Part shown: positions 11,531 through 22,829 of the stretch, in pieces
Position numbering within the stretch: the first letter of the stretch is position 1
Layout: each line of letters starts with the position of its first letter
Source: Corallochytrium limacisporum Hawaii
Lineage: Eukaryota > Protista > Pluriformea
Assembly: GCA_002811645.1 (NCBI GenBank)
Contig: PDIP01000105.1
Span: forward strand, 1 to 64,000
DNA: 64,000 nucleotides
Direction of reading: 5' to 3'
The notes under the pieces: generated by a model
Told to the model about the DNA's origin: nothing
Databases searched by the model: none
Seen by the model: the letters and a program-made list of their open reading frames with translations, nothing else
Program-made: the position numbers and the translations under genes

Positions 11531-12016
11531 CTAGGCAGTTTCCTTTTGCATAGAATCTTGAACACCGTAAGAGGGTTCGTAGGCAGGAGGAGAGGTTTCT
11601 GTGGACGCAGCGGCAGGATATGCCATAGGATACTGACCGGTTGATGGATCATAGTTCACTGGTGCAGCCGGCTGACCATAAGTTCCTGGTGCGGCCGGCT
11701 GACCATAGTTTACGGGTGCAGCGGCAGGCTGGCCGTACACTGGCACTGCCGTCATGGCGACGACCTTCGGCTCAGGGTCAGCCCTCCTCCGGCGGCAGAG
11801 GCAGCAGCACAAGATGAGCAACATAAGGACAATAATGATAGCAATGACAATTCCCACGATGGCACCAACCGTTAGATCCCCATCTGAGAACTCTGCTGTA
11901 ACTCCGTCTGCCAAATTGCAGTTACCGGGAAAGACGAGGACACAGTTATCCACCGTGCAATCGACATCGACGAGGTTGCCTTCGAAGCCATCGCTGCAGT
12001 AACATGTACAAGTCAT
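11531..12016 (-). CDS. Shisa/WBP1-like architecture single-pass membrane protein, 161 aa
   Basis: CxCxC-x12-C-x4-C-x7-C, TM helix LTVGAIVGIVIAIIIV..., juxtamembrane CCCLC-RRRR, three YGQPAA(A)P repeats and a PPAY motif. Confidence 0.8.
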   Translation of the reverse strand: MTCTCYCSDGFEGNLVDVDCTVDNCVLVFPGNCNLADGVTAEFSDGDLTVGAIVGIVIAIIIVLMLLILCCCLCRRRRADPEPKVVAMTAVPVYGQPAAAPVNYGQPAAPGTYGQPAAPVNYDPSTGQYPMAYPAAASTETSPPAYEPSYGVQDSMQKETA

Positions 12017-12107
12017 GACTTTTGTGTTCTGTAAAATTGATTGTTGTAGAAATATAAGTAGCTTTATTAGAGATCCCAGGGAGTTTTAAGTCTCTGAATG
12101 ATCTTCG

Positions 12108-12118
12108 CTTTAAATACC
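12108..12118 (-). promoter_or_regulatory. TATA-like motif GGTATTTAAAG
   Basis: 92 bp upstream of the ATG at 12016, followed by GATC. Confidence 0.55.
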
Positions 12119-13504
12119 CACCCGCGGGTAGGTCCGCCGGAAACTGTGGGGCATATCACCACTGATGAGATCCTGTATTATTCCTAATGTTCAACACTCT
12201 GGGTTTCAGGTGTCTGTTTTGGTCCAGCTATATTCTTTTGGGATCCTTTCTCTTCCCCGTTCCCAAACCACCGGTTGACAAGCTGTGCCCTGCCTACGAC
12301 CTACGTTTGCGGCCGCAACAACGGATCCTTTTGCTAGTCCCCCGTTACCCTTCTCCCCTCTCCCTCCCCGGCGTCGTCCGTACACGCTCATACATACATG
12401 TCACACCCAATTTTCGAACGCAAACCACGCCTGCTTTCAACACTGCCATTGCCGCCCCTGGCTTGTTGCCCCTGAAAAGTAAAATTTTGAGCCGCTCCCT
12501 CCCCCTCCCCCCCCCTCCCAGCCGTGCCGTCCTAGGCACACAGACACCCACACCCACCCACCCCCTTTCCTTTTCTGCTTCCTACCGCCTGTTTGTGGAC
12601 GAACGGAACAGGGTTACAAGGCGAAATGCACCAAAGGAATTTTTTTTATTAACAGGATACAGGATTTTTTTTTTGGCAAATGAGCAATGGGGACATATTT
12701 CCAATCATTAAAATCTGATTCATTCTTGCAGGGTGGCATGGCTTTCTTCATGCGCATGATTGAGAAAATCATAATGATTGTCGGTGGGTGGCAAGTGGGG
12801 TCCCCGATCCGCGCAGCTTCGTTTCCTACACTACGAAGTCACACTGCGACATGCCTGTGTGCGATTTCTAAGATTCCTGACCGGATTTTGGCTTTTGTGA
12901 CACTGGGTTAAGAATTCTCGATGCTACACTAGTATGCCGGCGCTTTTTTTTTTTTTTTCCCCTTCTCAAATGAGTTTGGACACGATGCCATCCATCAATG
13001 TGAACGAAAGAGGCTGACGGGGTGCCTTCCTGAACGCGGTCTCCCAGGCGGTTTAGCTGCTGGATGGGGGGGGGGAATCTACCCGGGCCACTTGCAAACC
13101 GACGTACATCGGCCTAGCTTGGCATTCGATTTGGGTACGTCGAAAATAGCAGACTTCCTCACCCATAATACCAAAGACAAGGAATGGAGTAGGCAGCCGA
13201 CGACGGCATAAACCGACATCCAAAGTGCACCTGCCGATCGCAGTCCCCAAAGTATGGGTGCAATATGTTGCTGTAGGAGTGCGCACTCGGGGTCTGGGTC
13301 TTTCATCTGGTGAGGAGATGTTATTCTTATTACAACTATATTTACAATAACAACAAATCAAAATCAAGCTGGTGCGCATCTTTCTTGAACGTGCTTGAAC
13401 CGGAAGGGTATGCGGCCGCAAGGAGGGAACATCGTCGGAGGAGGATGGTCATGAGCCTTTGAACAGAGCCACCCTGGTTCTTGCACTCATAGGCGCCACT
13501 CGCC

Positions 13505-14386
13505 CTAGGATGATCGGGGGCATTCGATCCCGATTGTAGAAAATCCTTCCTCAGACACGACCACCAGCTGGTTGGTGAAGGACGTTATAGTGGATCCAAC
13601 AATATTCTTGCACTCGTTTTGGTAACTGCCACTCTTGCTTTCGTAGACTTCACCATACAGGGTACGGTCCTCGTCCGTGTACCCGCTGTTGCCAGCATAA
13701 TGAACAGTGGCCCAGGGAGCGCAGCCGCCACAGGAGGAGTCGTGACGAATGGTGCCTAGGATCCACTGGTTTTCATCTGTGACTGTCAACTGGATGTGCT
13801 GAGAGCACATATTTCCATTCCCGCAACCCGAACCTCCGTTGCAAGGGGTGCACTCAATTTGGTCGTAGCCGTCAATCGTGACGGTAGCGGGTGGAATCTT
13901 CCAGTCGCTCTTCAAGTAAACCTTGTCCTCAGGCTGCTCGCTGTTGACAATGTAATACTCCTGAGAATAATCCACAGGTGACGGACCTGACAGACCCTGC
14001 AGGCTAGAGAAAATAGGCACATGGTACGTAACTGTCTGTGTGCCCGCGTCAATTGCTTTACAGTATGGGTCGCTCTGGTAGGGGGAGGTGGTCAACGCAC
14101 CAAAACTATCCTCGACAAGCCCGTCAATTTGAAAGCCCCAGAGGGTCTGCACCACACAAATTTCGTAACTTCCCGACGAGGGCACCTCCACAGTGGCTTG
14201 GGCGGTGAGATAGTCGTATTTGTTCTTTGGGTCGACGTCGTTGTCGAAGACCGCATTGATACCGTTTTCATAGACAAGTTTGGCTCCAGTGATGATCGGA
14301 TTGGTGGTCTCCGTCTCTGATGGGGCGCCATTGGTCAGTACAGAGCCAAGCAATAGAGCAGCAGCGAGAGGTACGAACTTGTTCAT
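13505..14386 (-). CDS. Secreted hypothetical protein, 293 aa (probable beta-sandwich plus Cys-rich region)
   Basis: Signal peptide MNKFVPLAAALLLGSVLTNG, alternating beta-strand patterns, Cys/Gly-rich CTPCNGGSGCGNGNMC and SSCGGC segments. Confidence 0.8.
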   Translation of the reverse strand: MNKFVPLAAALLLGSVLTNGAPSETETTNPIITGAKLVYENGINAVFDNDVDPKNKYDYLTAQATVEVPSSGSYEICVVQTLWGFQIDGLVEDSFGALTTSPYQSDPYCKAIDAGTQTVTYHVPIFSSLQGLSGPSPVDYSQEYYIVNSEQPEDKVYLKSDWKIPPATVTIDGYDQIECTPCNGGSGCGNGNMCSQHIQLTVTDENQWILGTIRHDSSCGGCAPWATVHYAGNSGYTDEDRTLYGEVYESKSGSYQNECKNIVGSTITSFTNQLVVVSEEGFSTIGIECPRSS

Positions 14387-14486
14387 TTTGGTGATGGGTA
14401 AGGTGTCCGTGCAACCGTCAGATGAATCATATGGTTGAGTTCAGGTCAAGTCCATGTTAACTCCGAGTTATCCGATTTCAGGATCA

Positions 14487-14497
14487 CTTTAAATACC
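14487..14497 (-). promoter_or_regulatory. TATA-like motif GGTATTTAAAG
   Basis: 101 bp upstream of the ATG at 14386, followed by TGATC. Confidence 0.55.
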
Positions 14498-16587
14498 AAC
14501 ACTGTTTAGGATGTTATTAGCAGATAATGATGTGGGTAAGGTGGACAACGTGAGAAAAGGGAGCTACGCCGTGTTGAGTTGAATCATCATGACCACGACT
14601 ATCTGGACTTGCAGTAGTGCTATCCCCAGCCCGGTGGTGGGGTTGTGGGGTTTGGAGGGACAAAAAGGTCATTCTTGCTCAAAACGGGAGGCATCAGCCA
14701 TTACCATTTGGCAGTACCCCAAATTCTCTACGGCGGGCAAGCAACCTGCGGTTGCCAGCCACGTTCTGTTTTGAGATACATACAGACTACAAGCTGATGA
14801 CGAGAGTGGAACTACTACTTTGTTCCTTCACACATTTCTCGCCCCCACTCCCCACCCAAATCCCCGTTCAAAAAGATCGGTCCAGTGGACGAAAAAAAAA
14901 AGTTTACTGCCAACTCCAGGTCCTCCGACCTCTCGTGCGAAGTACCAGGTACGGACCTTTGGCTGTGGACCACTACAACTTTCACAAGTGTCGATACGCG
15001 CGTATCCTGGTTAGGTCTTTCACGAGGGGTTTCGGACCTTAACTATCTCCAGCGGGAGACGCACGGGCACCTAAAACAGCTAGAGACATTTCCCGTAATG
15101 GGAACGTGACTCGTTTTTCTCGCGTGCCTCTCGTTTCCCCGCTTTTCATCTGTTTCCAGCCGTTTCTATCAATTTGGGCGCTTGATGTTCGTGAGTGAAG
15201 AAGGTTGGGGCCGATCTGGGGGACATGGGGCAGATTTTGTGGTCAGCGATCAAATATTGGCATCATGCGTTAAAAACAGAGATGTCCAACGCGTCCAAAT
15301 CGAATGATGTCCGTAGTCAAAATCGCGAAGAGAAAACCATAGATAACATTTTCGTTGCTGTCTTACGTTGCCGACCACGACGTGGCGCAGCCCCTTATCG
15401 CGCCGGCACCTTATGTCGACACTGGACAACCTTCTATATCCTTCGCTCATTGCAGTAGTAAACCTATGAAAATAAACAGCGTCATTGGGGTGAGGTTTGG
15501 AAATTCCATCTCGGTGCGTACAATTTTTCTGAGCACGGACTCCTCACTCACCACATATGGCAACCCTGTCTCTATATTTATGTGCCGAGAAATGGGTAGG
15601 CCATGTGACAAAAGGTAATTGCTGGCCGACACAACTTGGCAAGCAAAGCAGAATCTACACAAACAGTGATAGGCATAGTGGCCTGCGAGAACTGACTTCA
15701 CACTGTATACATAGATGCTGCTCCTACTGATCAACAGCAGGAATCTGTCTGTTCCGTGCACACACCCCTATGCGGGCATTGGTAGCTGTCAGGTATTCAT
15801 CCAATTCGTCCATAGGTGTCCTGAATTGGGATCCAAACACGTTATATATGGCAGTGGTACCTTGCCAGCATGTACAAGAAGATAACCGATCTTGAACTCT
15901 TCAAATTGCCGCAAGAGTACCAAGAGAGAGAGCATATCAGACATCCTGCCATGGTGTGAGGCCATGTCTCCAGCACGGATACTGAACCACCGGTTCAGAG
16001 CGGGCAGCTCCAGTAACTGAACCCGTCATTAATTTGCCTAGCCTCAACCACAGCGCTCCCCTTTCCCCCGGACCCGGGGGGGGGGGTGTGCCCCACACAC
16101 GAAAGTTTCTCTTCTCACCGCAAAGGGAGCCAAACTTAAACATTTTCTTCTCCTGCACCGGCGCTCGTTGGTAATCATCATTCAAGGGCACATCTGGTCG
16201 TGAGGGCGGACCCCGGGAGACGGTTGAGGAGCGCCGAGGGATCAGTTCTCACTGGTGTGCGTCAGAGAACAGCCGCTTTTACTGGCTAGGAATGCTCCCA
16301 AAGGCAGGATGAGTTCTTATCCAGGTGCGCCCTTGGCGTTAAAAGTACTATCATGCTACCCGCGCCGCATGTTCAATGCCAGCTCACTGAGGGTATACCC
16401 CGCAGGAAATACTGGATTTCTGCTACCTGTGACAACCTTTCCTGCCGATTGTACGAACGTCGTGGTTCGCTTACGGTGGCAAAAATTATGGAATGTTAAG
16501 AAATCTATTGTACGATCTATGCATGACGTGTTTACGTTTTGAGGTTGCGCATCATAACGAACTCTCTTCTAATATGATATGAGACTT

Positions 16588-18027
16588 TTAGTGTTGCCAG
16601 TTGGGTTGCAGTTGATAGCTTGCGGAAGCGTCGGGCTTGTTACGGCCGGTGATTTGTGGCCAGTACACGGCCAAAAGGACACAGAATGCGCTTCCCATCA
16701 TAAAGGCCCCTGCCATCATGAACGCAGCGGTGGGGTTGAAGGCGAGGATAGCGCCGACGGCAACTGGACCAACCAGCTCGCCGAGCGCACGTCCAGATCC
16801 CGAGAGACCCACAAGATCTGCTCCATCCCGATTCTTGTACCAATCACTAATCACGCACGCTTGAATAGCAAATTGACCACCCGTTGACCAGCCATAGAGA
16901 ATGCCAAAGACGAAGATCGACCAGGTTGTCGTGCAGAGCGGCCAGATGAAAAGCAAAACTCCAGCCATGGCCAATGAGGAATACAGTACCCGATCACGTC
17001 CGGCTTTGTCGCCAATCCACCCTGTTACAGGCTTTGAAGCGGCGTTTGCTCCGGCCAACAGACCAGAAGCAATGGCAGCAAGCTGAGAGGAAACACCATG
17101 ATCTTCGGCCCATGAAATCAGGAAGAAGAAGGGCGCAGCGTAACCAAAACTGAATAACACGTTGGAAAGGAAAATGAGTGTAAACCGACCGTCGCGAAAC
17201 ATATTCCACGGAATTTTCGTCTTCTTCGCATGGCGTTTCGGGGGGATGCGATCCTCTGTCAGAAGAACGGCCGCACCAATCACACAGAGTATAAAGATGG
17301 CAGTAATTCGGAACGTATCTCTCCAGCCAAGCGTATCGTTCAGATACGAAGCAATGGGGGCGTAGATAAGGCCGCCAATACCTGTGCCACTGGCTCCAAG
17401 TCCCATCATGGAGGCCTTCTTTTCCTTAAACCACATGACCAAAAGGCCCAGTGAAGGGTACATGCACATGCTCAGACCAGTGCCGACCATCAGACCGTAT
17501 GTAAGGTACAATTGCCACACTTCTGTGGTAAAACTGCTGACCAGTAGTCCTAATGCTGTAAGGATACCTCCAAAGAGAATGACGATCTGTGAGCCAAAGC
17601 GGACAGCCCATGCACCAGAAATAGGGCCACCCAATGCACGCAGAGTCAAACACAATGCACCCGGCCAAGCCGCCAAGGCAAGAGAAGCGTTAAAATCATC
17701 AGCAATGCGAGGCAGGAAAACACCCCAGGTCAAACTGAGCATACCTACCACAATCGCGGCCAGAAAGAGGACAACCACCTGGCGATATGCGTACTTTGAG
17801 TCAATCAAGTGTGCCTTGTGGGCAAAACGCTTCTTGGTACTCGCACTACGAGGGTCAGACTCCTCAAGTTCTGGTTGAGGAGCTTCATTGTGAGATAGCA
17901 TGGGAGTTTCTGTCAATTCTACCTTGTTGTTGAGCGGCCTAGGCCTTGTGACTCCATCTGAGCCGTTCATTGGGTCCAGCCCAATGTATTCCTGGGACCG
18001 GATCGAATTATGATTTTGAGGCGACAT
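16588..18027 (-). CDS. MFS transporter, monocarboxylate porter (SLC16/MCT-like)
   Basis: About 12 hydrophobic segments; DSKYAY..V N-terminal motif, LYLTYGLMVGTG, WFKEKKASMMGLGASGTGIG, LGWRDTFR, GWIGDKAGR. Confidence 0.88.
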   Translation of the reverse strand: MSPQNHNSIRSQEYIGLDPMNGSDGVTRPRPLNNKVELTETPMLSHNEAPQPELEESDPRSASTKKRFAHKAHLIDSKYAYRQVVVLFLAAIVVGMLSLTWGVFLPRIADDFNASLALAAWPGALCLTLRALGGPISGAWAVRFGSQIVILFGGILTALGLLVSSFTTEVWQLYLTYGLMVGTGLSMCMYPSLGLLVMWFKEKKASMMGLGASGTGIGGLIYAPIASYLNDTLGWRDTFRITAIFILCVIGAAVLLTEDRIPPKRHAKKTKIPWNMFRDGRFTLIFLSNVLFSFGYAAPFFFLISWAEDHGVSSQLAAIASGLLAGANAASKPVTGWIGDKAGRDRVLYSSLAMAGVLLFIWPLCTTTWSIFVFGILYGWSTGGQFAIQACVISDWYKNRDGADLVGLSGSGRALGELVGPVAVGAILAFNPTAAFMMAGAFMMGSAFCVLLAVYWPQITGRNKPDASASYQLQPNWQH

Positions 18028-20185
18028 GAGCGCAGGGGTGGAAGGTGCTGTCGTGTCTTTGGAACATGTGCAATTTCCTCACTGTTCTAGATTTCAAATC
18101 AGCTACCTTCATCAAGTAGCCAAATTTGCAAGCATTCCCATTTCCCGCCGTAAGCGAAGGGCCCTATGCATCGCTGGGTGATTATCAGATATGTCGATTT
18201 CAAAATATAGTCGCCTCGGCTAGTTGTTGCATACAAAGACACGGAGGCGATTCAGAGTTACGAATGTTCCTACCCAAGCGGCATATCTTAGTTTTCCCTG
18301 CCTGCGATTTCATGCCTTGGTAGGGGTATAGCCGACAGGCGTGGTCTCTGTGATTCGAATCCCCTGTCAATACAATTTCCGTTGTCCTCTTCCCCGGTTC
18401 CTGCCCTGAGCCGAGATGGTTGGGGAGAGGGGGTTGTATTAGTTGAGTGTGTGCGGTGGGGAGAGAGAAAAGGGAGGGAGAGTCCTCCTGTGGGGGGGGG
18501 GGAAGGGTGGCGGGGTTGAAAGGTGAGAATCCACAGGGTGTGTGCCCTCCCATTCAGTCAAGGCATTAGCAATGACCGCGAATACTTTCGATCCCCCATC
18601 CTGCAACGCCTGCCAAGTACGAATGAACCACCCCGTTTTTTTCTTTTGCCCCTCCTCTCTTCTCAGCCCTGACAGCTCGCTCTCCCCCGTTTCGCAGGGG
18701 CAGGGTGGTAGTTTAATTTGCTCATTGGTTTCCCGGTTTCAAAACCCACCCCGCGCGACCGGGCTACACATATTCTTCTCCTCGCTATCGTATCCTGGCC
18801 CCCGCCCCTCCCCCCCCCCCGCCTTTTTCTTCAAGTCCCTCTGTTGCCAGCAAGTTCCGGTGTGGGCTATCCACAAGAGGGTGACAACCGGAGAATTTTT
18901 ATTCGTTCTTCGATTCCGCAGGGAACATGAGAAAACCGTTGATGGTTGAAAGATAGGGAGAGAGTTCAGAAGGAGCACTAGTGAATGAGATTCTGAACAG
19001 AATTCACATCATCAACCACGAGGGGATGTGGGTCCCTATCGGCCCCTTTGCGCTGTCCTGCGCCGAGGCAATCATCTGACAATAGTCTCGCGCAAAGACC
19101 GAGCTGTTACTAGCCAAAACGTGGTAATAAAAAAACATCGGCGGGATAAAAATGTTGTGTGGAGTGTGTACAGTAGTGTACAGTGGTATATAATATGGTA
19201 GCAGTTCACAAGCGATACCCGGGTTCTTGTTTTTCTGCTTTGCGCTTCCCACTCGCTCCCTTTTCCCTCCGTCCACACTCGCGTTCCAGCACGCTGCTGT
19301 TTCTACAGAATTCCCAGGAAGAAAATTCTTTTTCTATTGCCAGCGTTCAGATTACGGAGGGGAGGGGGGCCGTCAATGTGGCTGGCTCACCGTCTTGCCA
19401 GTGTAACAATGGAGAACTTGATCTCAGACCCCTTGAAGAGGAGTCTCCTTGAATTGTACAGAAAGACCCGGGTGACTCAGCCTGAGGTTCCTGGACGCGT
19501 CGACCGCTGATGTACGACATTCTTGGATAGATTGTCTCTTTTTCAACCGAAGAGAGGATGTTGGTCGTTGTGAGGGTATCACCTGTCCACTATCTGCCGG
19601 TTGCATCTGAACAACCAGACGTATCACACTCTGTTGCAACAGGGCGCAAGGGGAAGGAACATCCTTCGCTGTAGTTTTCCGCATGAGGTCGGTGTCGATA
19701 TCTAAATACTGTGTTTAAGTACTGAGGAGAATTATCCGGAGCTGGACAGGCCGTATGAACATGTCAGACAGCAGAGCAAAGAGTGATTTGCTTGCATACA
19801 TCTGCTTCACCTGAAAAACGAACTGTGCTTCGTAAGCTCGTTCTTGTGAGTTGTGCCAGAAAGCCTGGTGCAGTCAGAAACCCTTGTTGCAGCCCAACCG
19901 GACCAGAGCAAAACGCTCTCGGGAAGTTTCATCAGCTGCTTCATGTTTGTATTGCTCATACGAAACTCTGGATTCAGTTCTGTCATTTCACTCTGGTCCC
20001 CTCTCACCTACCTACCCTCCCCTTTCCTGTTGGGGCAAAGGTTGCCTCTTGCCCGAAAGGGTGTGTTTCGTGCGCAGTACATTCACTATATACATATGGG
20101 GGACAAACGATCGGGTATCCCCTTCCACCCGGGGAGGGGGAGGGGGTTGTGGGGAGGGGGTTGATGATTTCCGCGGACATGCCAC

Positions 20186-20764
20186 CCTGAGTTCTCGATG
20201 TACCCTGAGTTCTTGACGCGCCATTAGCAGAAAACTGTGACAGCTGGGGAACAACCCACGGTCCGCTGAGGTGCTTTTGCTATAAGTCAAATTCCAGTCC
20301 TTCTTTTTATACGCGTGCGTCCGCACATGGACAAACGGTTTCTCAAATAAGCACATCAAGATAGACAATCAGCAGCTGCGGGTGGAAAGAGAGGGGCACA
20401 TGTTCAGCACTCTGATCAATTAAAGCTCCGCAAATGGGCAAAGGAACCCTAACCCAAAAACAGAAAGATATTGAGTAGCACGGTGGCTACGTCGTCGTAT
20501 TTATGTGTCCAGTTCGGGCGCCCAAGCAGAACCGTGCGAAATCCTGAGTTCTCGACATGAGTTCTTGACCTGAGTTCTCGATGGGCGGCGGTTGCGGGTG
20601 CTGTCATTTCGTCTCACTCGGAATTTTACACACTAAGGGTCTGAAAGTGGCTGTGTTGCACATTCTAGTGATTTGAGGCTCCTGAGTTCTTGACGGCAAA
20701 TTTCGATTTTCCAATCCCTCCTGAGTTCTCGATCGCATGTTCTCTTGGTTTCCTGAGTCCTTGG
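20186..20764 (+). repeat. Cluster of eight 13-bp motifs CCTGAGTTCTYGA
   Basis: Copies at 20186, 20204, 20543, 20556 (CATGAG variant), 20569, 20681, 20720 and 20752 (degenerate), all in one orientation. Confidence 0.85.
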
Positions 20765-22829
20765 CCCGAACCGGGTTGTAGTCAAGTTAAAGAAATGTGG
20801 GCGAGAGGCCCAAACGAACTGTATACGAGGAAAGTTTTGCCAAGATCTCCGGAAGTATGTTTCCTCTGCCCCCTTATTTCGTAATTGTTTCGGGGTCATT
20901 GCGATCCCCAACAGACAAGACGAGCCAGTACTCGGACAGACGCGGCAGCCAGTCCATGCAAACTGTTATCGCCCGGCTCTCAATGACGGTGTCACTTCAT
21001 GAGAACTCTTCCATGGTAAAATCTCTGTGTACCCTGTGCGCCCTTGCGGAGCGGCCATACAATCCGACATCAATCTCAAATGCTACCACTGCTACAGGCC
21101 TTCGGTAGGCTCGAAGCCGTCAGGACTCTCTTGTGGCCATGCTCCATGTCTCGGCTTGCTCATGTGGGGCTTGTGGAAGCAGGTCTGTGCGACGCTGGGT
21201 GTTTACAAAGGAATGGAAAAGTAGCAGAGCGTATCCACCACCAGACGAAACGGAGGGATTACACCTCTGATGGCTATTTTCGCAGTTCGTAGCCGAGCCT
21301 ACAGTGCTGCACGCTGCTAAAGTTAACGTTGATCCTTGGCTTTCCTCAGGCTTCCACCGCTCATCCGGAAATTCCGTTCCCGTCTGGACGTCCGTCGGCT
21401 GTAGGAAGCGAGGAGGAGGAAAAGATTTTACTGCTATCAATACTTAGGGACAGGAAGAGATCTACAAACTAACAACAGCGAGGGGTTACGTCTGTGACTG
21501 GCGCAAATTGATCTCGTAAACTGCTGGCCGTACCAAACAACGAAAAAAAAACAGTTCTGTATGACTGACGACACAACCGTCATTGCATAGTAAAGGCCAT
21601 GTAGCCCAGTGTGATTGGTTTTCCGTGTTCTCTGCTGCTAACCTTGTAATAAACTGATACCGTAGCGCGGACATGTAAGCCATCATGGCAGGTACCCTTG
21701 AGTGGGCGACTCGCTCAGACGGCGGAACGCCGGAGAGGCACTCACTTTCTAGCGTATGAGGGCAATGCTCACCGCTAAACTCAAAGGGAACGATCAATAC
21801 GTGAAAGACCAGGCCATCCAACAGACTTCAACGAGTTAGATCCGCGGTCACCGAACAAGACCAAGGTGACCCAGGCGTAGCAGCCATTCGCTTATGCTAC
21901 CCGCCAGGCTTTCAGCAGATCTACCCGCAATGGAGGGGTCCATCTGCTCCGCAATAGAGACACGTTGAGCCTCATGACACGGCCAGGCGTCACCATGATA
22001 CAGTCGGTGAGTGCGAAGATCGAAAACTGTGCCCAATTGTTCGTGCAATGTATCACTGGGTGAATCTTTTTCATTATCCGTTTATCGCTTTTCCTCCTTC
22101 TTAGCAAAATTGTTCTACTTTCTCATGGGATCCAAATGGCGAGCGAACACGTACACTAGGGTACCCCTCAGGTACTAAAGAGACTTGCGTACCCGGAAAA
22201 AAAAAGAAACTACTTCCCCGAACGAGATCGTGGACGGGAGCCCAGATTTTTCTTAGGCAAGAGTGGGGACGTTTGGTCCCGGATTCGGAGCAGAGATCGT
22301 TTGGGGGATTGACATGCGCAAATCTAAATCGTTTGCGTAAACAATGTGCAGACTATTTAAAGGCACTCTTTCGATCCCTTAGTACTTTATGCTGCTTAAA
22401 CAACTCCGCATAATGTCCATAGAGATATTCATGGTTATTTATTACTACTCTTAGGCAGCACACGTAGAAAAGTTAGACAACCAAGCCGACTAGGTAGCCA
22501 ATATGCCATACGTCAGGGGTCCTGCCTACCGTCGTCGTCCGGTGCGCCGCCGCCGTCGGCCTGTGCTTGCTTCAAGGCGTCGCCGCCGTAGTCCCGTCCG
22601 AGGACTCGCGGGCCTGTTTTGCATGCCGGTCAGAGCCTTCCGCGGCTGCGTGTGTGTCCCTCGGCGCAGATGCTGATCATCTTTTTCGCCAATTTTGGCA
22701 TGATCATAACAATTACTTCTGCAAGATCATGTATGCGTATCGTTCTGATATTCCTAGTTCAGAAATTACGAGGCTTACTTGTTTTCTGTCTTTCTCATTC
22801 GTACCAGATCCAATACATTCTCGCGACAA

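Noticed and set aside
20446-20454. Interstitial telomere (CCCTAACCC)
   Set aside because: Only 1.5 units; compatible with chance.
20186-20764. CRISPR array
   Set aside because: Repeats are only 13 bp, spacing ranges from 0 to over 300 bp, no cas genes, eukaryotic context.
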